Positions 17,965-28,500 of a stretch of DNA of 64,000 nucleotides are shown piece by piece. Source of the stretch: Poseidonia sp. (lineage in GTDB: Archaea; Thermoplasmatota; Poseidoniia; Poseidoniales; Poseidoniaceae); the NCBI GenBank assembly GCA_965661285.1, contig CBFIDD010000001.1:256001-320000 (forward strand). Reading direction: 5' to 3'. The notes beneath the pieces are model-generated. The model did not search any database and was not told the DNA's origin. It saw nothing but the letters and a program-made list of their open reading frames with translations. The position numbers were made by a program, and so were the translations under genes. The first letter of the stretch is position 1. Every line of letters starts with the position of its first letter.

Positions 17965-19101
17965 ATGGGCGAAGGTGAAACCGTCCCCGTTTTGCTCAAA
18001 GAGGACGGGACGCCGTACAAGACGGCCGTGCTGATTCCCACCATCAACAACGCCGATGAACTCGACATCGTCCTCGAGCGCCTCGGCAAGCAAACCTACC
18101 CGCATTTTGAGATCGTCATCTCCGACTCCAAGTCCAAGGACCACACCAAGGCTGTGTGCGAGAAGCACGGCGCCACGTGGATTGACGACCCGTCCCGCAA
18201 CCGTGCCGATGCGTGTAACTTTGCTCTACGCCAAATGGACCACGACCTCGTGTTGTTCACCGACGACGACACCGTCCCGCCCTTGGACTGGGTGGCCAAA
18301 CTCGTGCGATGGTTCGACAACCCCGAGGTCGGCGCCGTGGGCGGCCCCAATTTCGCTCCCGACGACGATCCGTTCGGGGCCAAGTGCGCTGACGTGGCGT
18401 TCTGCACGAAATTCATGACCGCCGGAACACGATACGGTGCCCAGCCGAAGGGTGAACTCGTGCCCATCACCCACAACCCGGGCGTCAACTGCGCTCACCG
18501 CATGGCCAACCTGCGAGAAGTGGATTTCTTTGAGGAAGGCTGCATCGGCGCCGAGGACGTGGTGCTCGACGCCAAGATTCAACGCAAGGGCCACAAGTTG
18601 TTCATCGACCCTTCCAACGTGATGCCCCATCGCCGCCGACGTCCGTTCAAACCCTACATGAAGCAGATGCGAAACTACGGTTACACCCGCATGGTCGCCA
18701 ACAAGCGTTGGCCCGAAATCGCCACCTGGTCGCACACGGCCATCGGGTTCTTCCCGCCACTCGTGGTCCTGGCACTCGCCGCGATGCTCTACGGCGGCCT
18801 GTCGGGTGGTGCTGAAGCCGACCTTTGGTTCACGCTCGCCGGTGATTGGAACCTCGCCCGCATCGCCTTCCACATCCCTTTGGGACTGGTGTGCGCCTAC
18901 ATCGCCATCTCGTGGTTGGGCGCCGCCATCGGCACCTCGCCCCATCGCTCCCTCGGTACCGTGTTTCTCGCGCCACTCTTCGTTTTCCTCGCACAGTGGG
19001 CTTACGGTCAGGGCGTCATCAAAGCCTGGCGTGAAATTCGTCAAACCGGTGGACGGGCTGGCGAAGGCGCCCAAATCGACGACAGGGTCCGAACCGCTTG
19101 A
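17965..19101 (+). CDS. GT2 family glycosyltransferase with C-terminal TM helices
   Basis: LIPTIN, DSKSKDHT, FTDDD, GAED, QMRNYG. Confidence 0.9.
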   Translation: MGEGETVPVLLKEDGTPYKTAVLIPTINNADELDIVLERLGKQTYPHFEIVISDSKSKDHTKAVCEKHGATWIDDPSRNRADACNFALRQMDHDLVLFTDDDTVPPLDWVAKLVRWFDNPEVGAVGGPNFAPDDDPFGAKCADVAFCTKFMTAGTRYGAQPKGELVPITHNPGVNCAHRMANLREVDFFEEGCIGAEDVVLDAKIQRKGHKLFIDPSNVMPHRRRRPFKPYMKQMRNYGYTRMVANKRWPEIATWSHTAIGFFPPLVVLALAAMLYGGLSGGAEADLWFTLAGDWNLARIAFHIPLGLVCAYIAISWLGAAIGTSPHRSLGTVFLAPLFVFLAQWAYGQGVIKAWREIRQTGGRAGEGAQIDDRVRTA

Positions 19102-19179
19102 GCACCGACGCTGTGAAAGAGGCTCGGCTACCGCCTCAGCAGTGCGAAATTTCATGACGGCGTTCAGATTCTCTCGCTC

Positions 19180-19479
19180 ATGGCCCGACCGTCCCTCGCT
19201 GAACGCCTGTCAGCGATGGACCAGCCCTACCATGCCAACGACGCCGATGCGATTTGGGGCTCCGTGCGCCCGTTGCTGGTGCTCGGGCGCATTGTGATGG
19301 TGGGTTTGATCATCGTCATCGGTGAAGTGTTTGACGACGTGCGCTTGGTAGGATTGACCATTGGCGTGTGGGCCCTCATCCTCGGCATACCCCTGTTTTT
19401 GTTGATGTCCATGGTCATCACTTACGGTGACCGGTTCGTGAACAAAACCGGTGAAGGAACCGAAGATTCAACCCCTTAG
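19180..19479 (+). CDS. Small two-TM hypothetical protein
   Basis: 99 aa; two hydrophobic helices. Confidence 0.65.
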   Translation: MARPSLAERLSAMDQPYHANDADAIWGSVRPLLVLGRIVMVGLIIVIGEVFDDVRLVGLTIGVWALILGIPLFLLMSMVITYGDRFVNKTGEGTEDSTP

Positions 19480-19520
19480 AAGAGACGAAGGATGAAAAGG
19501 AAAGCACACGATTTCTAACC

Positions 19521-22016
19521 ATGCGCCAAGGTGCTGCAGTGCTGGTGGTCTTTCTCCTCCTCGCTTTAGCGCCGCTCTCTCTGGTCAACGCCAAGGACGA
19601 CGGCATCTACAATCGGTCCAACGGTTGCGGATGTCATGGCGGCTCAGGCAGCGTCACGGCGCAATTGACGGGGCTGCCCACCGCCTACACCCCCTCAACC
19701 ACCTACAGCCTGACCGTTGCGATGAGCACATCACCCAACACCGGCGGATTCAACCTCGAAGTGAACAGGGGTGCCCTGTCCAACCCCGGCCCCAACGCCC
19801 AAGTGTCCTCCAACGGATTCCAAGCCACCCACGGTTTTTCCCCGGGCACCACCTCGTGGACCGTGCAGTGGACCGCGCCCGCCAGCGGGTCGGGCGTTGC
19901 GCTGTTTGACCTCGCCGTGCTTTCAGCCAACGGCAACGGCGGCACCAGCGGCGACATCTACGACACCCTGTCCATTTCCGTGGGTGAAGACATCAACGCC
20001 AATGCGCCCCCGACCGCGTCCGAACTCACCATCAGCCCCAGCACCCCCCTCACGGGCGACGACCTCACGCTCACCTACGCCTACACCGACGAAGACGGGG
20101 ACGCCGAAAGCGGCACCGTGGTGGCCTGGCACCTCAACGGCGTGGCCGTACCGGGACAGACATCCCTGACCCTTCCAGCATCAGCGACCACGAAAGGCGA
20201 TGCGTGGCATGCCGTGGTCACCCCCTCGGATGGCGAAGATGCTGGGGCCTCGGTGGCTTCGAGTTCCGTTGTGGTCGCCAACACTGCACCAGAGGTGGTC
20301 GCCATCGACGTCAGCAGCGAATCCCCGGACACCAACGACGATGTGTCGTTCACCTTCCAAACCGCCGATGCCGACGGCGATACCATCACCGCATCCGAGG
20401 CTCGATGGTTGTTGGACGGCGCCGTCGTATCCTCCCTCGACAACGCCAGCACCCTCCCCGCCGTGGCCTCGCGTGCTGGCGACATCTGGACCGTGGAGGT
20501 TCGGGTTTCCGACAGCGAGGACTTCTCTGCTTGGTTCGCTTCCGCCGATGTGCTCGTCGGGTCGAGTAACCAACCTCCGGTGGTCAGTGACGTGATGGTT
20601 GGGCCGGAAGGCGCCACCAGCCTCGACGAATTAACCGCCAATTGGACAGCATCGGATGCTGACGGCGACGCTCTGGTCCGAACCGAGCTGATGTGGATGA
20701 AGGACGGCGTCCATCAAGCCGAACTCGACGATGTGAATCCTCTCCCGTCATCATACACGGCGAAAGGGGAAGCCTGGACCGCCGTTGTACGGGTCTCGGA
20801 CGGCGAGGCTTGGTCTCCGACTACCAGCAGTGAGGCGCGCGTGGTCGCCAATGCTGCGCCAACCGTGCTGAACGCTCATCTCATTTCGCCCTCGTTCAGT
20901 GCGCTTCACCCGTTGACCGTGAAGTTGACGACCGATGATGTGGATGGCGATGATGTCGACGTGGCCGCTGTCCGCTGGCACCTGAACGGTGTCGAACAAA
21001 GCGATGGCATCGACAGTCTCGTCTTGAACGCCACCCATCTTCGGCGAAGCGATGCGTGGCATGCGGTCATCACCGTTGATGACGGCATCGACCAGTCCAC
21101 CTTCACCACCGATGCTGTCGTTGTTCTCAACGCCGCACCGCAGGTTGACATCGAGTGGCCTGCAGACGCCAATTCCCTGGTTGATTTGGCTCCCACCATC
21201 CAGGTTCTCGACCTCGATGGTGACGCCACTTCGATGACCACGACATGGTACAAGAACGGGTTCCGAGATGCCGGACAGACCAACGCCTCCTCGGTGGAAG
21301 CAGCAAAACTCGCACCCAACCAAGACTGGCGGCTGGTCGTCGAGGTGTCGGACGGGGAACTCACGACGGTGAGCGAGGCGAGCATCGTCCTCATGAACCT
21401 CGAACCGGTTGCGGACATCGGCGTAGCTTCCTCCCATGTGTGGTACAACGAAACCACCGTGCTGTCCGCTGAAGCCTCGAGCGACAGCGACGGAACGCTT
21501 GTTGAATACGCATGGTCGTGGAACGGCGGCGTTGCACGAGGCGCGACCGTCGCCTTGGTCCTCACCGAAGACACCGAAGTTCGATTGGTGGTCAGCGACG
21601 ACTCGGGTGCCAGCGATGAAACCACCCTGCTTGTTGAGGTCGAGGCCGGACCGACGGTACAGAACCTTCGCCTGGTCAACGACGGGGCCGGGAACATCGA
21701 CCTCGCGTGGGCGTGGCCCGGCGACGAGGTGACGTTCAACATCCTGCGCAACGGCGAGCCGATCGCCACCACGAGCAGCCCCGCCTATCGAGACCAACCC
21801 CCCATGAGCGGGGTCAACACCTACGCCGTTCAGCCCGTCAACGACGAGCGCGTGTTCCTCAACGGCATGGACACGATTTCGACCTCGGTGGAGCCCGTTG
21901 TTGTTGAGGCTCCCGGTCCGGCAACAGGCCTCGGGCTCAGCCTTGGTGGCCTGATGTTGCTGGCGCTCGTGGCCGCACCGTTGCTCGGAAAACGGGAAGG
22001 AGGTGCGTTGGAATGA
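19521..22016 (+). CDS. Secreted Reeler/choice-of-anchor-V-like protein with Ig-like repeats, PKD domain and C-terminal TM anchor
   Basis: Signal peptide; GCGCH; GGFNL...WTAP; repeated N.pP...D.DGD...W...GD.W...V.vSDG units. Confidence 0.8.
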   Translation: MRQGAAVLVVFLLLALAPLSLVNAKDDGIYNRSNGCGCHGGSGSVTAQLTGLPTAYTPSTTYSLTVAMSTSPNTGGFNLEVNRGALSNPGPNAQVSSNGFQATHGFSPGTTSWTVQWTAPASGSGVALFDLAVLSANGNGGTSGDIYDTLSISVGEDINANAPPTASELTISPSTPLTGDDLTLTYAYTDEDGDAESGTVVAWHLNGVAVPGQTSLTLPASATTKGDAWHAVVTPSDGEDAGASVASSSVVVANTAPEVVAIDVSSESPDTNDDVSFTFQTADADGDTITASEARWLLDGAVVSSLDNASTLPAVASRAGDIWTVEVRVSDSEDFSAWFASADVLVGSSNQPPVVSDVMVGPEGATSLDELTANWTASDADGDALVRTELMWMKDGVHQAELDDVNPLPSSYTAKGEAWTAVVRVSDGEAWSPTTSSEARVVANAAPTVLNAHLISPSFSALHPLTVKLTTDDVDGDDVDVAAVRWHLNGVEQSDGIDSLVLNATHLRRSDAWHAVITVDDGIDQSTFTTDAVVVLNAAPQVDIEWPADANSLVDLAPTIQVLDLDGDATSMTTTWYKNGFRDAGQTNASSVEAAKLAPNQDWRLVVEVSDGELTTVSEASIVLMNLEPVADIGVASSHVWYNETTVLSAEASSDSDGTLVEYAWSWNGGVARGATVALVLTEDTEVRLVVSDDSGASDETTLLVEVEAGPTVQNLRLVNDGAGNIDLAWAWPGDEVTFNILRNGEPIATTSSPAYRDQPPMSGVNTYAVQPVNDERVFLNGMDTISTSVEPVVVEAPGPATGLGLSLGGLMLLALVAAPLLGKREGGALE

Positions 22017-22984
22017 GACGCTTGTCGGTGCTGGCTTTGGTGCTGGCCTTGTTGATGGCGCCCACCTTCGGGTCAGCCAACCCCAACGGTGTCGGGTCGG
22101 GCACCTTTGATGCCCAATGCGGCGGAGCATGCCACGGCGACGCCGATATGAATCGCTCCTCCTCCGCTTCGGTGTCGGTTCACGCACCCAGCATCGCCTA
22201 CGAGGGATTGCTCACCAGCGTCTCCGTCACCGTCTCCAACATCGAGACCACCCAAACCGGCTTGCTCGGTTTCTTCCTTCTCTCCGACCTCAGCGGTGCC
22301 GAAGATACGCCAGCGGATGCAGGGTGGACCATCGTTTCCAACAGCGAAGGCGGAAGCGAGAACTACGTCGAAGCCACGATTGCTCCCGGACAGACCGAGC
22401 ACACCGTTCACTGGACGCTGCGCGCCCCGCAGGTCGGCACAGCCACGCTCTACGCCGCCATCCATCACGGCACTGAGGACGGCAGCGAAGCCCCGTTCTT
22501 CGGAGCCTCAACACAACCGGCGACCGTTGAGGTTCGCGAGGTCCCCGAAAACCTCCCCCGTCTTGCTGCAGACTTCGAGCCGCCGGTGCGAAGAGATGTG
22601 GGCAAGTCCACCATGCTACGCCTACCAACCGAGGACGTCTCCGCCGTTTCGGTTGAATGGCGGATTGCCGGTGGAGAGGTTAGGGCCGCTTCGGTTTCAT
22701 CGGTTGATGAGGCCGTCTGGGCGCTTGAACTTCCAGCCAGTCTTCAACCGGTTCAACTGGAATGGCGAGCGGTCCTGAAAGGGGAAGGCCCCGCACAGAC
22801 GACCCCGTGGTTCCAACTCCAAAGCGATGAGCCTGCCTGGACGGTGGATGAAACCGCAGCCTATGTCCAATCCTTTGCCATGCTTCTGGTGTTCATGGTC
22901 GCCTTCCTGTCCCTCCAGCGGCAGCCCATCGATGGGCCAAAGGCGTTCGATGACGCCTTCCTTGACGACGAGGTGATGGACTGA
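22013..22984 (+). CDS. Secreted Reeler-like protein with CGGACH motif and C-terminal TM
   Basis: ATGA overlap with the upstream gene; signal peptide; W-x-L-x-AP. Confidence 0.75.
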   Translation: MRRLSVLALVLALLMAPTFGSANPNGVGSGTFDAQCGGACHGDADMNRSSSASVSVHAPSIAYEGLLTSVSVTVSNIETTQTGLLGFFLLSDLSGAEDTPADAGWTIVSNSEGGSENYVEATIAPGQTEHTVHWTLRAPQVGTATLYAAIHHGTEDGSEAPFFGASTQPATVEVREVPENLPRLAADFEPPVRRDVGKSTMLRLPTEDVSAVSVEWRIAGGEVRAASVSSVDEAVWALELPASLQPVQLEWRAVLKGEGPAQTTPWFQLQSDEPAWTVDETAAYVQSFAMLLVFMVAFLSLQRQPIDGPKAFDDAFLDDEVMD

Positions 22985-23544
22985 TGGTGTCGGCAGCGAC
23001 CCTTCACGTGGTCACGACCGAACTGGCCGTTGGCTCCTACGCTCTGGCCGGCCTTGGCTTTCTTCTCGCTGGCCTCGCCAGTCATGGATGGCTTGGCATG
23101 AAACGACATCTGCAACTCGCAGACCATGTCGCTCACTTCGCCTTGGCGTTCGGACTGCTTGCACTCCCCTTCGCCATCATTACCGGCATTCAGTCCAGTC
23201 CGGGCGAGGGCATCGACCACCCCTTGCTCATCAACAAGATGCTCCTCGGCTCGTCCGCCTTTGGGCTTGCCCTCGGTGTGCTCTTCGCTCGTCGGGCCCA
23301 CGGCGCTGGCATCTGGCATCGTGCTGCTGGACGACGATGGCAGACGCTCGGTGGATTGGCTGCGGTGGGTATGGTGCTCTTGACCGCTTCACTGGGTGGC
23401 ACTTTCACTCGGGGTGAATCGCTGTTGTCGTGGCTGCCGATGTCCTTTGACAGCGTTCCCTTGATGCCGATGTGGTTCTCGGGATTGCTGGTCATCACGG
23501 CCCTGGTGAACCTCGGCCTGATGCGCAGAGCGAACTCAGCGTGA
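22984..23544 (+). CDS. Polytopic membrane protein (DUF2231-like)
   Basis: TGATG overlap; about 5 TM helices; N-terminal LH motif. Confidence 0.7.
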   Translation: MVSAATLHVVTTELAVGSYALAGLGFLLAGLASHGWLGMKRHLQLADHVAHFALAFGLLALPFAIITGIQSSPGEGIDHPLLINKMLLGSSAFGLALGVLFARRAHGAGIWHRAAGRRWQTLGGLAAVGMVLLTASLGGTFTRGESLLSWLPMSFDSVPLMPMWFSGLLVITALVNLGLMRRANSA

Positions 23545-25398
23545 TCACAGGCCCGCCATATCGCCGGTTTGAATGGTCCACTGGCTGGCATACACACCGC
23601 CCGACGCCACCAAATCATCGTGCAAGCCTCGCTCGACGATGGCGCCGTCAACCATGGAGAGAATTTCGTTGGCGTTGCGAATGGTGCTCAAGCGGTGAGC
23701 AACGGCGATGGTGGCTCGTTCCTTGCCAGAAGAGAGAAGATTCTCCTGAATGCGACGTTCGGTTTCGGCGTCCAAGGCGCTGCTGGCCTCGTCGAGGATG
23801 AGCAGACTTGGAGCCTTCAAAATGGCACGAGCAAGCGAAACACGTGCACGCTGCCCTCCACTAAGCATGGCGCCACGGTCACCGACCATGGTGTTGACAC
23901 CGTCTTCCAATTCTTGGACGAAATCCCATGCGCCGGCCATTTTGAGCGCTTCAACGAGTTGGTCCTCGCTGGCCTCTTGGTTGTAGACGACGTTGTCCTT
24001 GACGCTGCCGTAGAACAAGAAGGGGTCCTGACTCACGAAACCGATGGCTTCGCGCAGCGAGTACAGCGTGAAGTCGGTAATGGGGCGGCCGTTGACCAGC
24101 ACGTCGCCACTGTCAGGCGTGTAGTATCGCATCAAGAGTTTGAGAATCGTCGTTTTACCCGCACCGGTGTGGCCCATAACGCCGAGGAACTCACCCTCGC
24201 TGAGCTTGAAGGAAATGCCGTTCAGGACCTTGATGGTGGTGTTGGGGTAGGTGAAGTACACATCGCTGAATTCAACGGTTTTGATGCCGCCTTCCAGCTC
24301 GATGGCGTTCTCGTCGTCAACGATGGTCGGCTCGAGGTCGATGGCAGCAAACACCCGACGAGCAGCAGCCTCGCCGCGTTGAAGTTGGTTGACGAGGATG
24401 CCGAAGATGAACATCGGCATGGTCATGCGCGTGCTGATGAGCAGGAAGGTGACCAGTTGACCGGTGGTGATGTCCCCTTCACTCGCAAGGTAGCCACCGC
24501 CTGTCACGAGCAAACCGAAGGCCACACCTGCCGTGGCGTAAATCATCGGAATGAAGCGATTGCGGTCTTTGCTCGCGCCCATGGCTTGGTCCCGGTAGGA
24601 GCCCGACTCGGAGGCGACGCGGTCAGCCTCCCACGATTCAGCGTTGTAGGCCTGGACTACGGCGATACCTGAAATGAGGTTTTCAAGAACGGCGTGGATG
24701 TCCCCGGTCGATTCCCGTTGCTTCCGGTACTTTCGCTGTACACGGGTCGAAAACCAATAAACAGCGGGCACGATGAACAAGATGGGCGTGAACAACACGG
24801 CCGCCAACCTCCACGACATCAGCACGAGGATGAGAAAGGCGGTGGCAAAGGTGATGATGATTCGGATGATCGAGGTGGATGAATCCGATACCACGTCTTC
24901 GAGTTGGTTGACGTCGCTTGAGAGCACAGACATGATTTGCCCTGTTTGCCTCAAATCGTAATAGGAGGCTTCCATGGCGATCAGCGACCGCGTGGCGTCC
25001 ATCCGAAGATCGTGTTGGATGTTGTAGCCAAGGGTCTGCCAGGCGTACTCCGAGATGCCTTGGAACACAGCCAAACAGAGGAACCCGAGGAAGATAAGCA
25101 CCCCATAACCGATGGCGGGATTGCTGTGGAGCGTGGTCACGGCGTCCTGAACGATTTGAGGTCCAGAGAGCATATCGGTGGTGAAATAATCCACCGCCAG
25201 TCCGATGGCGACGAAGGGCATGAGGTCAAAGAAACGAGCAGCAGCGTTGGCGAAAATGCCCGTAAGGGCCCGTTTTGGGTATTTCTTGGCGTAGGGAACA
25301 ACACGCCAAATCTGTCTTCCAAGAACGTCAGCGCCCTTGTTGATGTCTTCGGGAGACATCTTGTCGCTGTTGGCTTTTGCAGCGTGGGCCCTCGTCAT
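23545..25398 (-). CDS. ABC exporter, fused permease/ATP-binding (MsbA-like)
   Basis: GHTGAGKT, LSGGQRAR, LILDEASS, AHRLST; N-terminal TM domain. Confidence 0.95.
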   Translation of the reverse strand: MTRAHAAKANSDKMSPEDINKGADVLGRQIWRVVPYAKKYPKRALTGIFANAAARFFDLMPFVAIGLAVDYFTTDMLSGPQIVQDAVTTLHSNPAIGYGVLIFLGFLCLAVFQGISEYAWQTLGYNIQHDLRMDATRSLIAMEASYYDLRQTGQIMSVLSSDVNQLEDVVSDSSTSIIRIIITFATAFLILVLMSWRLAAVLFTPILFIVPAVYWFSTRVQRKYRKQRESTGDIHAVLENLISGIAVVQAYNAESWEADRVASESGSYRDQAMGASKDRNRFIPMIYATAGVAFGLLVTGGGYLASEGDITTGQLVTFLLISTRMTMPMFIFGILVNQLQRGEAAARRVFAAIDLEPTIVDDENAIELEGGIKTVEFSDVYFTYPNTTIKVLNGISFKLSEGEFLGVMGHTGAGKTTILKLLMRYYTPDSGDVLVNGRPITDFTLYSLREAIGFVSQDPFLFYGSVKDNVVYNQEASEDQLVEALKMAGAWDFVQELEDGVNTMVGDRGAMLSGGQRARVSLARAILKAPSLLILDEASSALDAETERRIQENLLSSGKERATIAVAHRLSTIRNANEILSMVDGAIVERGLHDDLVASGGVYASQWTIQTGDMAGL

Positions 25399-25502
25399 GT
25401 CTGCGTGGCAATGACCGAGACTCTTGAACCCTCGCGAGACGAGCAAGGTTGGGCTGACCGTTCAACCAATCTTTGATGAGGTTCTCCGGTTTGGTTCGTC
25501 TC

Positions 25503-28500
25503 ATGCAGACGCAACGCCGCAGAACCTCACTCGTTTTCTTTGCGCTTCTTTTGGTTCAGGTGTTGTCGCCGTTGGCGTTTGTCCAAGCGGACCAATCGAC
25601 CTACCAACCCGATACCGATGCGGCGTTGGAGTGGCTCGAGCAGGTCGGTGTTTCTCCCACCACCACCGCTGAACACGGGTGGATGAATGCAGATGAAGCG
25701 GCCGGTTCCAGCGCCCTGCTCTATCGAGACGTGCAACTGGTGGCCACCGAAGAATGGCGTGAGCGCACCGGGGAAACGCAGGTGGACGGCTACCACATTT
25801 TGGGCCATACCTACCCCGTGCCCAGCGAGTGGTTCAACGAGCTCGCTGATGCGGGCATCGATTGTTTCTCCTTCCTTCCTCCGGCGAGTTTCCACTGCCA
25901 CGTCAACGGCCAGACGCCGGCTCAACTGGAACAACTCGATGTGCTCGGATTGGCGGCCATGGACGCCAGCGACAAAGTCCAAACCGACCTGCTTCGCGGC
26001 CTCCTCGGTCTTGACATGGTGGCCTACAACCCCTTCGTGAACGACGAAGGAGCCATCGTGAACGTCGTCTTGTCGGGTGAAACCCTCCCGGAAGGCTTGA
26101 CGCAACGCAGCGATATCGTCCTCGACACGCACAGCGGCCGATTCGCCACGATGGCCATTGACACCGATGGTTTGGCGTGGTTGGTTCAACAAGATGCGGT
26201 CGAGTGGGTTGAGCCCCGTCCGTTCTATGAGATCATGAACTCAAAGGGCATCGAAGTGATGAACGTCGACGACATGTGGAGTTCCACCAACATGGCCAAC
26301 ATCGACAGTTCGTGGGCCGGGCTGGACGGCAGTGGCATCATTGTGACCGTCGCCGACACCGGATTGGACAACGGCGTGAACAACAGTAACATGCACCCGG
26401 ATTTCAGCGACCACATCACGGGCATTCTCTCGTTCCCCCCGCCCGCATCGGTGTGCACGGCCTTCAGCCTGAGTCCTTGCGGCGACGATGCTGAAGACCA
26501 CGACGGACACGGAACCCACGTGGCGGGCTCGGTCCTTGGTGACGGCACCCACAGCAACGGCGACATCATCGGTGCGGCGCCCGAAGCCCACCTGTTGTTC
26601 CATGCCATTGCCACCACCCACAACAGCGAGGAGAAACTTCTCGGCATTCCAAACGATCTTGACGACATGTTCGCACTCGCCTGGGAGAACGACAGCCGGA
26701 TTCACACCAACTCGTGGGGGTCAGCGGTTGCAGGACAATACACCTCCTCATCCATGCAAGCGGACGCCAGCGCCCGAACGCACGACGAGATGGTGATTCT
26801 CTTTGCTGCAGCCAATGAAGGTGCGGACGCCGACCGCAACGGTGAGATCGACCTCGATTCCATGGGTTCACCGGCGACAGCCAAAAACGTCCTCACCGTG
26901 GGTGCGAGTGAAAACGACCGCGGGAACATGACCTGGGTTTGGGGCAGCACCGATTACGGCTCACCCATCTCCAACGACCGTCTAGCGGATAATCCGGAAG
27001 GCATGGCGGCGTTTTCCTCCCGAGGACCCACCGACGACGGCCGCCTAAAGCCCGATTTCTCAGCACCGGGCACCATGATTCTCTCTGCAAAGAGTCGAAG
27101 CACAACCGATACGGGTTGGTTGGCGCACAACGCCAGCTACACCTACATGGGCGGGACGAGCATGGCCACGCCGCTCACGGCCGGTGCATCGGCGCTGTTG
27201 CTTGAGCACCTGATGGAAAACCTCGGGGAAAGCAACCCAACCTCTGCGCTGGTGAAGGCCATCTTTACCGCCAGCGCTCACGACATGACCGGACAATATT
27301 CCTCCTCCACCAACGGAGCGGGCGAAGCGGCACCCAACGACCACGAAGGCTGGGGTCGAATCAACATGTCCCAAGCCATCAACACGTCCTATCTGTACAA
27401 CCACTCGGTGACCACCGACGCCGACTCAGGGTGGTCGTTCAACGTCCCAGCAAGTGCGGATGACATCAACATCGCCCTGGCATGGACCGACCCGGCCTCA
27501 ACGCCGGCGGCCTCCACCAACTTGGTCAACGACCTTGATTTGGCCCTCAAGAGCCCATCAGGCACCTGGACGAATTTGAGCAACAACCTCGACAATTTGC
27601 GAGGACTGACGCTCGCCTCACCGGCCCAAGGCACATGGGAGGTCCACGTGGTGGGCACCAGCGTGCCAACCGGCCCGCAATTCTTCGCTTTGGCCATGAC
27701 GGGAGACTACACCCTCACGAATCTGACGCAGGACGCCGACATGGACGGTTACGAAGACGATGATGATGACTGCAACAACACGGCGGGCACCTCAACCGCT
27801 GATCGAACCGGGTGCCCCGACACCGACGGGGACGGCTATTCCAACCCGGACAGCAACTGGACCGTCAACCAAGGTGCGGATGCCTTCCCAAGCGAACCGA
27901 CGCAGTGGGCCGACAGCGATTACGACGGCTACGGCGACAACGCCGTTGGCGATGAGCCGGACGCTTGCACCTCCACGGCTGGAAACTCCACCGGCGACCG
28001 GTTCGGCTGTACCGATACCGATGGCGATGGGTATTCCGATCCCGATAGCGGTTGGACCGTCGCCAACGGAGCAGACGCGTGCACGAGCGTCGCCGGCCCC
28101 TCAAGCCAAGACCGCAACGGCTGCGCTGACCAAGACGGTGATGGCTACTCCGACCCTGACGGTTCGTGGGGTACAACCAACGGTGCGGATGCTTTCCCCA
28201 CCGATGCCACCCAATGGGCGGACGCCGACGGCGATGGCTACGGCGATAACCCGCCGCCGGCGACATCAGGTGATGCCTGCCCGAGCACCAACGGCGGGTC
28301 CGATCAAGACCGCTACGGATGCACGGACACGGACGGCGACGGCTACTCCGACCCCGACAGCGGTTGGACCGTCGCCAACGGGGCCGACGCTTTTGCCTCC
28401 GATGCGACCCAGTGGGTCGACACCGACGGTGACGGTTATGGCGACAACGCCAGCGGAAACAGTCCTGACGCCTGCCCGACACAGGCCGGCACCTCCACAC

